Both the position numbers and the translations under genes were made by a program. From positions 1-23,956 of the forward strand of contig JAXGJB010000040.1 in assembly GCA_040770465.1 (NCBI GenBank): a DNA stretch of 23,956 nucleotides, given 5' to 3'. This document shows, one piece after another, positions 1 through 9,819 of this stretch (positions within the stretch are counted from its first letter, which is position 1; each line of letters begins with the position of its first letter). The notes under the pieces are model-generated. The model saw only the letters and a program-made list of their open reading frames with translations. It ran no database searches and had not been told where the DNA came from. Source of the DNA: Methanothrix sp. (GTDB lineage Archaea; Halobacteriota; Methanosarcinia; Methanotrichales; Methanotrichaceae).

Positions 1-31
1 TCGCCTCGACCTGAACGGGGAAGTCCACGAC

Positions 32-967
32 ATGACCCGCCCAATGGAAGATCTGCTGGATACGGCCGAGAAGATCAGGTCCATGGAGATCCGGGGCGCC
101 GCCCTCATCGGCAGGGCCGCGGCCGGGGCGCTGAAGGAGTTTGCCCTCTCCATCGAGCCAGCCGGGATCGAGGAGTTCAACTCCCAGGTCGGCAGGGCCG
201 CCGATATCCTGCTCGATACGAGGCCGACGGCGGTCTCGCTATCAAACGCCATCAGGATGGTGATGCGCTACCAGGGGGACGACTTGGAGTCTGCCCGAAG
301 GTCTCTGGCCGATAACGCCGATTTGTTCGTGGAGCGATCGCTTTTGGCAGTCGAGCGGATCGGCGAGATCGGAAGCCGCAGGGTCAGAGACGGCGATACG
401 ATCCTCACCCACTGCAACTCCTCGGTCGCCCTCTCGATCATCAAGACCGCCTTCGACTCGGGCAAGGACATAAGGGTCATCGCCACCGAGTCGCGCCCCA
501 GGTATCAGGGCCACCTGACGATAAAGGCCCTCGACGGCTGGGGGATCGAGACAGAGCTCGTCGTCGACTCGGCGGTGAGGACGGTCATCAACGAGGTGGA
601 CGAGGTGATCGTCGGCGCGGACGTGGTGACCGCGAACGGCTCCCTCGTCAACAAGATCGGGACCGCCGCGATCGCCCTCGCTGCTCACGAAGCGAGGACG
701 AGCTTCATGGTGGCGGCGGAGACCTACAAGTTCAGCCCCCAAACCCTCATGGGCGAGCTAGTCCCCATCGAGATGAGGGCCGCCGAGGAGGTCTACCCCG
801 CCATCTCGGAACTCAAGCACGTCCGGGTGAGAAACCCGGCCTTCGACGTCACCCCCCACCAGTACATCGACGTCATCTGCACCGAGGTGGGTGCGATCCC
901 GCCGGAGATGAGCTACCTCATCATAAAAGAGATGCTGGGCTGGGAGATGGAAGGCCGGATTCTGTGA
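32..967 (+). CDS. e2b2: Ribose-1,5-bisphosphate isomerase (eIF-2B alpha/beta/delta-like family)
   Basis: Motifs IRGA, RPTAVSLSN, THCNS (catalytic Cys), ESRPRYQG, VGAD (catalytic Asp), NKIGT and NPAFDVTP; 311 aa. THCNS with NKIGT in a RuBisCO-encoding archaeon favours R15P isomerase over MtnA. ATG at 44 is an alternative start. Confidence 0.88.
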   Translation: MTRPMEDLLDTAEKIRSMEIRGAALIGRAAAGALKEFALSIEPAGIEEFNSQVGRAADILLDTRPTAVSLSNAIRMVMRYQGDDLESARRSLADNADLFVERSLLAVERIGEIGSRRVRDGDTILTHCNSSVALSIIKTAFDSGKDIRVIATESRPRYQGHLTIKALDGWGIETELVVDSAVRTVINEVDEVIVGADVVTANGSLVNKIGTAAIALAAHEARTSFMVAAETYKFSPQTLMGELVPIEMRAAEEVYPAISELKHVRVRNPAFDVTPHQYIDVICTEVGAIPPEMSYLIIKEMLGWEMEGRIL

Positions 968-973
968 CCACTC

Positions 974-1573
974 CTACCGTCTCCTGATCCTCCCCGAGAT
1001 CACCAGGAGGGCCACCGCCCCCAGGGCGGCGCCGATCCCGAAGCCCGGAATGCCTTCACTCTCCTCTTCTCCCTCCACGGGAACGGGTTCGCCGCCGTCT
1101 CCTCCAACATCTCTGACTATGGGGCAGGGAGGATACTCCTCTTCCGGCTCTGCCAGCCCCGCCTCTCCGTCCTCGGACTCGTCGGGTAGGGCTCTATCCT
1201 CGCTCACGACAACCTGGACCGGCGTCCATTCAGGGGGGGCGCCCTTGGCCACGATCCCGACCTCGAAGGTGTAGTTTCCCGGAGGGATGGCCCTCGCCTC
1301 CACCTTCAGCTGACAGTCAAACTCGAGGATCGTTCCCGCATCGACCCACTTCGTACACCGGGGGCCGACTATGGAGAGCCCCTGAGAGATGTTGGTGAAC
1401 TTAAGGCCCGCATAGGTGCTCTCGCTCCCCAGGTTATGGACGGAGACGTTGAAGCCCGTCTCCCCTCCGGGGCTGACGTATATCGTCGGCGTATCCACGA
1501 TCTTGAAGAAGACCGAGGCCTCGGCCTGACCTGCCAGGAGCATCAACAGAATAACCGCCAATGATCGTCTCAT
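974..1573 (-). CDS. Secreted surface protein with PGF-CTERM (archaeosortase A) sorting signal
   Basis: Signal peptide MRRSLAVILLMLLAGQAEA, beta-rich Ig-like core, sequons NVS/NIS/NYT, acidic linker, C-terminal IPGF + TM helix + RIRRR. Confidence 0.8.
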   Translation of the reverse strand: MRRSLAVILLMLLAGQAEASVFFKIVDTPTIYVSPGGETGFNVSVHNLGSESTYAGLKFTNISQGLSIVGPRCTKWVDAGTILEFDCQLKVEARAIPPGNYTFEVGIVAKGAPPEWTPVQVVVSEDRALPDESEDGEAGLAEPEEEYPPCPIVRDVGGDGGEPVPVEGEEESEGIPGFGIGAALGAVALLVISGRIRRR

Positions 1574-1595
1574 GCTCTTTTATTGGCAGCGCGAG

Positions 1596-1610
1596 ATTAA
1601 AATTCTTTCG
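1596..1610 (-). promoter_or_regulatory. BRE/TATA promoter for the PGF-CTERM gene, likely leaderless
   Basis: Minus strand CGAAAGAA-TTTTAAT ends 23 nt before the ATG at 1573; no SD motif. Confidence 0.55.
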
Positions 1611-1643
1611 GACAAAGAGGGGCACAAAATCCACGGAGATATG

Positions 1644-1673
1644 ACGAACAGAATGCAAACGAACGGAATGCAA
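1644..1673. repeat. 15-bp tandem duplication ACGAACRGAATGCAA x2
   Basis: ACGAACAGAATGCAA (1644-1658) and ACGAACGGAATGCAA (1659-1673), one mismatch. Confidence 0.8.
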
Positions 1674-1706
1674 AAATGAACGCAAAAATTGGAGTTCTCA
1701 CAAAAA
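1672..1706 (-). terminator. Oligo-T terminator region after the 1745-2458 gene
   Basis: Three T5 tracts on the minus strand (1672-1676, 1684-1688, 1702-1706), about 40-70 nt past the stop. Confidence 0.45.
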
Positions 1707-1744
1707 TGAGTTTGAGGTTGCGGTCCCTCCTGGGAATCGCAACT

Positions 1745-2458
1745 TCAGATCTCAAATCCAGTCCAGGTGCTGGTTATGGTGTCCGCTACTGTGGTCACGT
1801 CCAGTATACTGGTCTCCTCGTCGGAGGTCTCGGTTGCGGTGGCGTCTCCTGTGTCTGCAGGTTCCGTCGTCGCGGCCGCAGCTATCGTGTTGGTGGTGGT
1901 GGCGGCGGTGGTGGCAGTGGTTGCGGCGGGGACGTTGGCGGGCTCGTATCCCGAGGCGTCAGGGCTGATCAAAGAGCCGGTGACGGTTCCCTGATTGACC
2001 CTACCCTGGCTGTCTGACTGGACGAAGCTTCCAGTCAAGGAGCCGTCCTGGGCGGTCCCGGCGACCATAGTCGAGACGAGGAAGCCGTCCTGGATGGAGA
2101 AGATCCTGAGGTTCGCTACGTCACCGGAGATCGATCCGGAGACCACGGCGTTCCAGGGCTCGGGGGAGTCGGAGTTGGCGGCGCCGAATAGGATGGCACC
2201 AGACTGGTACAAGACCATGGAGACCCGGGCGTCGTCCATCGTCAGAATCCAGGAGCCTTCGAGGGACTGGGCCGTTTGGGTTGCAACGTCCTCTGATGCG
2301 GACGACTCGGCATCGGTTGCATTAGCCGTCGCATCGACGCCTTCCGCCGGAGCGATCTCGCTTTCGTTAATCGATACGTTGGCATCTTCTGCCAGTGAAA
2401 GTCCTGATATGAGGGTGATGGCGATGAGCATCGATAGAGCAATACGTCTGAGGTTCAA
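1745..2458 (-). CDS. Secreted hypothetical (probable glyco)protein with Thr/Ala-rich linker
   Basis: TTG start preceded by SD GAAGGTG; signal peptide; sequons NVS/NES/NAT; beta-strand domain (LEGSWILTM...GSLTGSFVQSDSQG); TTATTAATTT linker. Confidence 0.75.
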   Translation of the reverse strand: MNLRRIALSMLIAITLISGLSLAEDANVSINESEIAPAEGVDATANATDAESSASEDVATQTAQSLEGSWILTMDDARVSMVLYQSGAILFGAANSDSPEPWNAVVSGSISGDVANLRIFSIQDGFLVSTMVAGTAQDGSLTGSFVQSDSQGRVNQGTVTGSLISPDASGYEPANVPAATTATTAATTTNTIAAAATTEPADTGDATATETSDEETSILDVTTVADTITSTWTGFEI

Positions 2459-2534
2459 TCTAACACCTTCTTTTTTCCCACTCCGATGATGGCAGCTTTT
2501 TCACCCCGCTGCCGGGCACTAATTTCGTCCAACC

Positions 2535-2551
2535 ATATTAATAAGCTTTTC
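2535..2551 (-). promoter_or_regulatory. BRE/TATA promoter
   Basis: Minus strand GAAAAGC-TTATTAATAT, about 77 nt upstream of the 2458 start. Confidence 0.55.
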
Positions 2552-2577
2552 ATAGCTCAAAAACCCGGATTTGGCCC

Positions 2578-4677
2578 CTAAGATCCCCCGGCTGCGCCGT
2601 CTAGGATATCAAGCACCTCTCCAGGATCCGTCGTCGGCCTCTGGCAGACGTTCCCCGAGCAGACGTAGGCGGCCGCTCTGCCGTCCAGGATCGTCATATC
2701 CGCCGTGAAGTCGGCTATCTCAGCGATCTTTGGGCGCTCTCCTTCAGGCCTCAAGATGACCACCATCCTCGGCAGATACTTCGACCTGAGGGCTTTTATC
2801 ATCGCCGCCGTCTCCGGAGAACCCGGATCTCCGGCGATCACCACCTCCGTCGACGGTCCCAGGAAGAAGTCCAGGGCAGAAAGGAGGTGGAGGTGTGCCG
2901 CGGGAAGCCCCCTCACCTGAGGTGTGAATGCCTTCAAGGCATTCGAGGCGACATCTTCGAGCCTCTGGTCGCCCGTCATCCTAGCCAGCCTCAAAAGGTC
3001 CAGGACGGCGACGGCGTTCCCGGATGGGAGGGCTCCGTCGATGCCGTCTTTCTTGCGGAGGATCAGATCCTCGCCGTCTTCCGGCGTGAAGTAAAAGCCT
3101 CCTTTCTCCCCGTCGCCGAACCTTCTCACCATATCTCGGGCGAGGGTGAGGGCGGCTTCGAGGTATCTGGTCTTGAAGCCCGCCTCATAAAGCTCGATCA
3201 GCCCCCATATCAGAAAGGCGTAGTCGTCCAGGTTCCCCAGAATCCCTGCGGAGCCCTCCCGGTAGCGGTGTAGGAGCCGGCCCTTCCCATCCCTCATATC
3301 TTCGAGGATGAAGTCTGCGGCCCGGGACGCCGCGACCTCCAGGTCCTCTCGGTCCAGAACCTGGGCACCCCGGGCGAGGGCAGCGATCATGAGGCCGTTC
3401 CAGTCGGCGAGGATTTTGTCGTCTTTGTTGGGCCGAACCCTCTTCTCCCGAGCAGAAAAGAGCTTTTTGCGGGCGACCTCCAGCCTCTCTCTCAGGTCGG
3501 ACTCCGGGATCCCCAGATTTCGGGCGTGATCCGCCATGAGCCTCTTTGAATGGAGGACGTTCTTTCCGGTGAGCCGGCCCGTAGCCTCCTCCCAGAAGTT
3601 GCCTTCCGCCCGGACCTCGAAGATCCTCGCCACCAGGTCCGCCTCGTCCTCGTCGAGGATCTCTCTTTGCTCATTCAGGGTCCAGAGGTAGTACTTTCCC
3701 TCCTCCCCCTCGCTGTCGGCATCCTCTGCGGAGTAAAATCCCCCTTCTTGGGCGGTCATATCCCTGAGGACGTAGGCGAAGACCTCCTCTGCGATTCTGC
3801 CGTACTCTGCCTTTCCCGTCGCCTGGTGCGCCTCCAGGCAGGCGAGGGAGATCATCGCCTGGTCGTAGAGCATCTTCTCGAAGTGGGGGAGAAGCCACCC
3901 CGCATCGGTGGAGTAGCGGTGAAAGCCGAACCCCACCTGGTCGAAGATGCCGCCCCTCCTCATGGAGTTGAGGGTGATCTCGGTCATGGCAAGGCTGGCG
4001 GGGTCGCCGGTCCTCCTCCATGTGCGGAGGAGGAAGAGGAAGGTGGTGGGCGAGGGGAACTTCGGCGCGCCCCCAAACCCGCCGTTTGCGGCGTCGAAGC
4101 GGGCTGCGAGGTTCTGGTATGCCGACCTGATCGCCGACTCGTCGAGCCTCATCCCCGGAATCTCCGGGAGCGGCTCTCTGAGGGCGGCTGTTATCTCCTC
4201 CGACGATCTGAGAAGCTCGCTTCTCTCGTTCCTCCACAGCAGCCTGATCCGGGGGATGAGGTCGAGCATCCCGATCCTCCCGTACCTCGTCTCTTTCGGG
4301 ATGTAGGTGGCCGCTAAGATGGGCTTCTTGTCGGGGGTGAGGATGACGTTCAGGGGCCAGCCTCCTCCCCCGGTCATCATCTGGCTGACCTTCATGTAGA
4401 TCCCGTCGAGGTCGGGCCGCTCCTCCCGGTCCACCTTGATGCAGACGAAGTTGGCGTTCAAGAGCCTCGCCACATCCTCGTCCTCGAATGACTCGCGGGC
4501 CATGACGTGGCACCAGTGGCAGGTGGAGTAGCCTATTGACAGGAAGACCGGCTTATCTTCCTCCCTCGCCTTCCGAAATGCCTCCTCCCCCCACGGACGC
4601 CAGTCAACGGGGTTTTCCGCGTGCTGGAGGAGGTAGGGGCTCACTTCAAAGGCCAGTCGGTTCTTCTTTTTTCCCAT
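2578..4677 (-). CDS. yyaL: Thioredoxin-domain / six-hairpin-glycosidase-like protein (YyaL/SSP411/SPATA20 family)
   Basis: [71 protein letters not shown]. Start placed at ATG 4677 (MGKKKNRL) because the family N-terminus begins there. Confidence 0.9.
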   Translation of the reverse strand: MGKKKNRLAFEVSPYLLQHAENPVDWRPWGEEAFRKAREEDKPVFLSIGYSTCHWCHVMARESFEDEDVARLLNANFVCIKVDREERPDLDGIYMKVSQMMTGGGGWPLNVILTPDKKPILAATYIPKETRYGRIGMLDLIPRIRLLWRNERSELLRSSEEITAALREPLPEIPGMRLDESAIRSAYQNLAARFDAANGGFGGAPKFPSPTTFLFLLRTWRRTGDPASLAMTEITLNSMRRGGIFDQVGFGFHRYSTDAGWLLPHFEKMLYDQAMISLACLEAHQATGKAEYGRIAEEVFAYVLRDMTAQEGGFYSAEDADSEGEEGKYYLWTLNEQREILDEDEADLVARIFEVRAEGNFWEEATGRLTGKNVLHSKRLMADHARNLGIPESDLRERLEVARKKLFSAREKRVRPNKDDKILADWNGLMIAALARGAQVLDREDLEVAASRAADFILEDMRDGKGRLLHRYREGSAGILGNLDDYAFLIWGLIELYEAGFKTRYLEAALTLARDMVRRFGDGEKGGFYFTPEDGEDLILRKKDGIDGALPSGNAVAVLDLLRLARMTGDQRLEDVASNALKAFTPQVRGLPAAHLHLLSALDFFLGPSTEVVIAGDPGSPETAAMIKALRSKYLPRMVVILRPEGERPKIAEIADFTADMTILDGRAAAYVCSGNVCQRPTTDPGEVLDILDGAAGGS

Positions 4678-6064
4678 CGATATCACCCGGTCGGTTCCCG
4701 ATATTTCCGGCGGCGGAGGTCTTGTCGTTTTCCTTCTCCGCCCCCGCCTTCTCTTCAGCCTCTCTCTCGTCGGTGGGGCGGCCCACCCCATCTTCCGCTC
4801 CGGCTTTATCAGGGGAGTGCTCCTCTTCTGCCATGCCGTCTTCGCCTCTTTCCGCCTCGACGCGCCCCCAGAGGACCTCTCCGGGACGTCCCCACCGGCC
4901 GGCCTCGATCACCGTACCGGGGTAGACGAGCGTACCGACGCCGGTCTTCGCCCCCTCGCCGAGGACGGCACCGAGGGTCCTCCGATCGGTCTTGGTCCTC
5001 TTCCCTTCGGCGTAAGATATGACCTCCGACCCGTCGTGACGCCTGTTGGCGACGATCGTCCCGACCCCCAGGCTGCATCCGGGGCCGACGACGCTGTCTC
5101 CGACGTAGCAGAGGTGGGATACCTCCGTCCCCTCCATTATGACGCTCCTCTCTATCACCGCGCCGGTGCCGATCCGGACGCCGTCTCCCATCGACGCCGG
5201 TCCTGTAATGAGAGAGTTGGGGCCGATCTCGCACCCCTCCCCGATCACCACCGGCCCTTCCAGGTAGGAGCCGGACCTTATCACCGTCCCTTTGCCCACG
5301 GCGACCTCGCCGGAGAGGGTCGCCCCACCGTCCACCTCGCCGAGGACTCCGCGGGATTCCGGGGGAACGGTCTCGTTCGCTTCTAGGATGTCCCAGGGAA
5401 GGACGATCTCGATCCAGCTCTCAACCTCCACCGCCCGGATCTGGACACCATCGGCGAGAAGTGAGAGCACCCCCTCCATCAGATCCAGCTCCCGGCGCCC
5501 CTCATCCGAGGACGGAATGACTGCTCGGAGGGCGTCGAAGATCCTTCGATCGAGGAGGGAGATTCCGGCGAAGATCAGGGCGGACGAGGGAGCTCTCTCC
5601 TTCCCGTCCACCGTTTTGAGAAAACCATCCGCAATCTTCAAGATCCAGTCCCTCTCAGGGTCCGGGTCTTCGACCCGAGCCGTCGCGACGGCGGGCCCCC
5701 CCTCCTCCACCATCCTCTCCAGGGAGGCGGCGTCGCAGAGGACGTCGCCGTTCATGACCAGAAACCGATCCTCTGCCAGCTCCTCGGCAGAAAGGAGGGC
5801 GCGGCCTGTCCCGAGCCCTTCATCCTGGACGACGTACTCGATTGCGACATCGAGATCGCTTCCGTCGCCGAAGTGGTCGATGATCTTCTCTTTTTTGTGG
5901 CCGACGACGATGACGAACTTCTCGACCCCTGCCTCCTTCGCCCTCTCCAGAATGTTTTCGAGGATGGGCTTTCCGCCGACGGGAAGCATCGCCTTGGGAA
6001 GTGTGGCGGTTAGGGGCCGCAACCGTCTCCCCTCCCCCGCCGCGAGAACTATGGCCTGCCTCAC
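4646..6064 (-). CDS. Archaeal GlmU-like sugar-1-phosphate nucleotidyltransferase/acetyltransferase (divergent)
   Basis: [26 protein letters not shown] nucleotidyltransferase signature, GLGTG, NGD; C-terminal hexapeptide beta-helix ([11 protein letters not shown]); GTG start; low-complexity tail overlaps yyaL by 32 nt. Confidence 0.8.
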   Translation of the reverse strand: MRQAIVLAAGEGRRLRPLTATLPKAMLPVGGKPILENILERAKEAGVEKFVIVVGHKKEKIIDHFGDGSDLDVAIEYVVQDEGLGTGRALLSAEELAEDRFLVMNGDVLCDAASLERMVEEGGPAVATARVEDPDPERDWILKIADGFLKTVDGKERAPSSALIFAGISLLDRRIFDALRAVIPSSDEGRRELDLMEGVLSLLADGVQIRAVEVESWIEIVLPWDILEANETVPPESRGVLGEVDGGATLSGEVAVGKGTVIRSGSYLEGPVVIGEGCEIGPNSLITGPASMGDGVRIGTGAVIERSVIMEGTEVSHLCYVGDSVVGPGCSLGVGTIVANRRHDGSEVISYAEGKRTKTDRRTLGAVLGEGAKTGVGTLVYPGTVIEAGRWGRPGEVLWGRVEAERGEDGMAEEEHSPDKAGAEDGVGRPTDEREAEEKAGAEKENDKTSAAGNIGNRPGDIDGKKEEPTGL

Positions 6065-6077
6065 TCTCTTGTCTCCA

Positions 6078-7004
6078 TCAGTTTCCTTTGTATATCCTCA
6101 GGGCCTCTTCGACGGAGGCGTCGTCGAGGGTGATCGCACTTATGGCGTCGCACATCCTGGCAGCCTCGTCGAGGTCCTTCTGGTGGATGTTCCTCCCGGT
6201 GGCGTTGCCGGCCGCGCCGCTGACGTGGATCTGGTCATGGAGCTGCTGGAGGAAGGATGCCGGGTCGCGGCTCGCGCCCCCGGCGCAGACGACTCCCGTC
6301 CGCCCGGCGGCTGCCACCGCCTCCTTGAAGATCTCCTCGGACATTTCGCCCTCTTTTTTGGGGTAGCTGACCTTGACGAAGTCCGATCCGAGAGCTGCGG
6401 CAACCCCCGTCGCCCCCGCGATCAGGTGGGGGTCTTTTTCGTCAATGACGGCTTTGCCTCTGGGATAGATCCAGAGGACGGTGACGAGGCCCTGGCGATG
6501 GGCCCGATAGACGATCTGAGCCGCCTCCCGGAGCATCTCTGCCTCGCGCTCGCTTCCCAGGTATATCGTGTAGCCCACCCCCAGAACGTCGAGGCCACTG
6601 TCGTCGGCGAAGTCTGCCACCTGGTCCACGTCGACCAATTGGCGACTGACGGGGTCCATCTGGTCGGTCTTGACGAGGTCTGTCTTGGAGTTCAGCTTGA
6701 CGAGGTAGGGGACTTCGGGGTAGTCCATCCCGTACCTCGCGATGAGGCCGAGCTGGGCTGCAAAGACCCCGATCCTCCCCCGCTTCGCGATCCGAAAGAG
6801 GTGCTCTGGGTCGCCGTCCTCGGGGCTGATCCCGGGGCCGAAAAAGTCCCGGTTCAGGTGCTCGACCTTCTGGTCTCCAGCAAAGAGCATCAGCCGGCCG
6901 GTATTCTTTGTAATCCTGAGGTAGTTGTCGACGTAATCGTCGCGCCTTTCGGGCGGCACGTCCTGGGGCACCAAGACGTCTTCAGGTCCGATTTTGATGG
7001 TCAT
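6078..7004 (-). CDS. Class I (DhnA-type, Schiff-base) aldolase, probably fructose-bisphosphate aldolase
   Basis: FAGDQKVEHLN, YLVKLNSKT, LWIYPRG, DFVKVSYP (Schiff-base Lys), AGG, ATGRNIHQ. ATG 7004 follows SD GGAGTGAGG; GTG 7013 is the alternative start. Confidence 0.82.
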   Translation of the reverse strand: MTIKIGPEDVLVPQDVPPERRDDYVDNYLRITKNTGRLMLFAGDQKVEHLNRDFFGPGISPEDGDPEHLFRIAKRGRIGVFAAQLGLIARYGMDYPEVPYLVKLNSKTDLVKTDQMDPVSRQLVDVDQVADFADDSGLDVLGVGYTIYLGSEREAEMLREAAQIVYRAHRQGLVTVLWIYPRGKAVIDEKDPHLIAGATGVAAALGSDFVKVSYPKKEGEMSEEIFKEAVAAAGRTGVVCAGGASRDPASFLQQLHDQIHVSGAAGNATGRNIHQKDLDEAARMCDAISAITLDDASVEEALRIYKGN

Positions 7005-7023
7005 GATCCTCACTCCCTACTTT

Positions 7024-7959
7024 TCACTCCTCCGAGATGATCTCAAGCTTCACCTGGGGCACGATCGTCTCGACGTCCTCCTTCTGGGCGAGGGCGGTCC
7101 CCTGCCGCAAGGTAGTCGCTGTCCCGGCGGCGGTCGCGAGGATCAGGGACTCTTTGAGGTCTCTTCCTGAGACCTGGCCGCAGATGAACCCTGCCACCGA
7201 CGAGTCTCCCGCCCCGATGGTGTTCACCACCTCTACCGAGGGGGGCACCGCCTGGTAGGCCTTCCCGTCGGAGACGAGGAGGATCCCCCTCGGCCCCATG
7301 GAGACTAGGACGATCTCAACGCCCTTCCTGTTGATCTCCCGGGCAGCCTCCAGGATCTCGTCCCTCTTCTCAAGTTTTCTTCCCACCAGGCTGGAAAGCT
7401 CGTGGATGTTCGGCTTGATCACGTCGGGCCTTCCTCCGATCCCCATCTTCAGGGCCTCCCGATCGACGTCCAGGACCACCTTGGAGCCCCGGAGCCGCGC
7501 CGTCTCGATGATCTTCCGGTAGATATCGGGGTGGGCTCTCGGCGGAAGGCTTCCTCCGATGCTCACAAACTCTGGGTCCTCAATACTCCTGACGACGTCG
7601 GTTATCTCCAGAAGCTCGAAGGGCTTCACTTCGGGGCCGGCGGAGTTGAGGATTATCTGCCTCCCGGTGACCAGCTCGTGGATGACGATGTTGATCCTCG
7701 TCTCGCCGGAGACGGGGATGAAGTTGCACCGGGTTCCGTCCCTGATCAGCTGGGCCTCCAGCTGCCGGCCGGCAAAGCCCGCGATGAAGCCGAGAGCCCT
7801 GTTCTCAACTCCCAGGGCAGTCAGGACCTTGGAGACGTCGATCCCCTTCCCTCCGGCGTAGCTCTCCTCTCGTATGATCCGGTTTGATACGTCCTCTCGA
7901 ATCTCGTTGATCCAGAGGGTCCGATCCAGTGCTGGGTTGAGGGTTATGGTGTAGATCAA
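7024..7959 (-). CDS. pfkB: PfkB/ribokinase-family phosphosugar kinase (FruK/Pfk-2/LacC-like)
   Basis: IYTITLNPALD, GGKGIDVS, GETRIN, GGSLP, IKPNIHEL, SMGPRG, NTIGAGDS (catalytic Asp); TTG start. Substrate cannot be fixed from sequence. Confidence 0.88.
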   Translation of the reverse strand: MIYTITLNPALDRTLWINEIREDVSNRIIREESYAGGKGIDVSKVLTALGVENRALGFIAGFAGRQLEAQLIRDGTRCNFIPVSGETRINIVIHELVTGRQIILNSAGPEVKPFELLEITDVVRSIEDPEFVSIGGSLPPRAHPDIYRKIIETARLRGSKVVLDVDREALKMGIGGRPDVIKPNIHELSSLVGRKLEKRDEILEAAREINRKGVEIVLVSMGPRGILLVSDGKAYQAVPPSVEVVNTIGAGDSSVAGFICGQVSGRDLKESLILATAAGTATTLRQGTALAQKEDVETIVPQVKLEIISEE

Positions 7960-8020
7960 TCATGACACCGCCGTATTTGGATTTCTCAGGAATTTCTGGA
8001 ATATCGCACATCTCGCTTAG

Positions 8021-8059
8021 GACGGCAAAAGCGCGGCCGGGCTCTAGGCCGCGCCCGTC
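8021..8059 (-). terminator. GC hairpin followed by T4, directly after the oxidoreductase gene
   Basis: GCGCGGCC (8031-8038) / GGCCGCGC (8047-8054) perfect 8-bp stem with 8-nt loop, followed on the minus strand by TTTT (8030-8027); outer GACGG/CCGTC arms. Confidence 0.6.
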
Positions 8060-8062
8060 GGT

Positions 8063-9796
8063 CTACCATCCTCTCCGCTTTCGGTAAATCTCCATCATCG
8101 TATCGATCGTCTCGGGATCGACCATCCCCATGGTGGAGATGGTCTCAAAGAACCTTCCCGGAATCCTGGACGTCTTCAGGTCGAACCCCTCCCGCCGCTT
8201 GAACCTGTACTTCTCGTCGAAGATCCTTCGGCCGAGAAGCTCCAGCTCATCGGCCGTCTTTTCGATCCCCACCGATCCCAGGGCCTCTACTATGTTTTCG
8301 TTGGTGTACACCGCCCTGGCGAAGAGGCAGCCGACGAGGGAGTTGTAAACTCCCCTCGAGTCGTCCTCTTTGATTATGGCGTCGACCATCTCTTCGGGAC
8401 CGAGATTCTTCTTCGCCGCCTTCTGGTCGATGCTGTACCCGGCGTTGTCGAGGTGGGAGTGTCTCACCCCCACGGTGAGGCCGACGATGGAGGCGGGGCC
8501 CGTGTGATATCCGGGAACCTCGTTTTTGCCGAGGGCCATGGCGAAATCCCGGCCGCCGTACCTCTCAGAGGCGACCTCGACCCCCTGGGCCAGAGCGGCG
8601 TAGAACTCGTTTTGCATCTTGACGATGTTATCTATCGCCTCCAGGTAGCTCTCAACGTCGTCCCATTTGGGGGACAGGCCCATGGTATCTTCGGTGGTTA
8701 TGAGCCCCCGGTCGAGGGCCTCCGTCGCCCAGGCGAGGACGACCCCGGTGCTGATGGCGTCGATCCCATGCCCCTCGCAGGCCTCGATCAGCTCCAAAAC
8801 CCCCTGGGGGGAGGATACGCCGAGGTTCGACCCGAGGGCGTAGATCAGCTCGAAATCGTAAGAGATCTTTCTGATCTCATACTCGTGCTGGCGGGAGAAG
8901 GAGGTCTTCAGCATCCCGATGTGGATGCAGCCTATGGGACAGTGGGCGCAGGATACCCTCCGGAAGAGGTAGTCGTCGGCGAGGATCTCGCCGCTGATCT
9001 TATCGGCCGCTTCGAAACTGCTCATTTTGAAGTTTCGGGTGGGAAGCCCTTTCAGCTGGTTTAAAACGTTGATGTTGATGGGGGTTCCGATGTCGTGATA
9101 CTTCTCCATGGCGTCGGTCTGGACGACGGTTCTGTAGAGCCTGTTGTAGATCTCCCTGTACCTTCTGGGGTCTGGAACTTCAACGTCCTCGGTCCCAGAG
9201 ATCACCATCGCCTTCAGGTTCTTCGACCCGAATGTGGCCCCAAGCCCCAGCCTTCCGAAGTGTCTGTAGGTGTCGACTACGACCCCGGCGTACTTGACGA
9301 GCCTCTCTCCGCCCGGTCCGATCCTGATTATGCTCCTTCGGCCCACGCCGGTCTCGACGTCGCGCAGGATGTAACCGACGACGTTGGCGGGTATCCCCCA
9401 TATCGACCTGGCATCTTTGATCTGGACGTCGTCGTCGGTTATGGATATGTAGCAGGGCCGGTCGGCTGCGCCCCTGATGACGATCGACTCGTGGCCCGCA
9501 AACCTCATCGCCATGGCTAGCCTCCCTCCGGCGTAGGACTCCCCCAGCTCGCCGTTGAGGGGAGACTTGAAGGTGGCGACAGTCTTGGTGATAGCCGGAA
9601 AGAGGGCGTTCAAGGGTCCGATGGAAAATATTATCGGGGCCTCCGGGGAGAGGGGGTCGGTCCCCTCGGCGCACTCCTCAAAGAGGAGCCGGGTGGCTAC
9701 CCCCGTCCCGCCGAGCCACTCCTCGAAGAGGTCGTCCCTCTCCTCAACGAAGCTCTCGCCTCTGTCGAGATCGATGTAGAGAACTCTTCTCAGCAT
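8063..9796 (-). CDS. Tungsten-dependent aldehyde:ferredoxin oxidoreductase family protein; resembles the large subunit of two-subunit glyceraldehyde-3-phosphate:ferredoxin oxidoreductase (GOR-L)
   Basis: KSPLNGELGESYAGG, RHFGRLGLGATFGSKNLKA, CAHCPIGC plus distal GCLF [4Fe-4S] ligands, YDFELIYALG, GIDAIS. Paired with a polyferredoxin and flanked by sugar-phosphate genes. The family call is firm; the GOR subtype rests on recalled motif style and context. Confidence 0.85.
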   Translation of the reverse strand: MLRRVLYIDLDRGESFVEERDDLFEEWLGGTGVATRLLFEECAEGTDPLSPEAPIIFSIGPLNALFPAITKTVATFKSPLNGELGESYAGGRLAMAMRFAGHESIVIRGAADRPCYISITDDDVQIKDARSIWGIPANVVGYILRDVETGVGRRSIIRIGPGGERLVKYAGVVVDTYRHFGRLGLGATFGSKNLKAMVISGTEDVEVPDPRRYREIYNRLYRTVVQTDAMEKYHDIGTPININVLNQLKGLPTRNFKMSSFEAADKISGEILADDYLFRRVSCAHCPIGCIHIGMLKTSFSRQHEYEIRKISYDFELIYALGSNLGVSSPQGVLELIEACEGHGIDAISTGVVLAWATEALDRGLITTEDTMGLSPKWDDVESYLEAIDNIVKMQNEFYAALAQGVEVASERYGGRDFAMALGKNEVPGYHTGPASIVGLTVGVRHSHLDNAGYSIDQKAAKKNLGPEEMVDAIIKEDDSRGVYNSLVGCLFARAVYTNENIVEALGSVGIEKTADELELLGRRIFDEKYRFKRREGFDLKTSRIPGRFFETISTMGMVDPETIDTMMEIYRKRRGW

Positions 9797-9819
9797 CCGG
9801 TCTACCTCCGATCATCTCC

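Noticed and set aside
4678-4791. 38-aa Arg-rich N-terminal extension of YyaL (possible Tat signal)
   Set aside because: Lies within the upstream gene, has no hydrophobic core, and family homology starts at M39.
5292-7040. 582-aa + strand ORF
   Set aside because: Antisense shadow of the GlmU-like and aldolase genes; Ser/Arg/Pro-rich with no domain, as expected in high-GC DNA.
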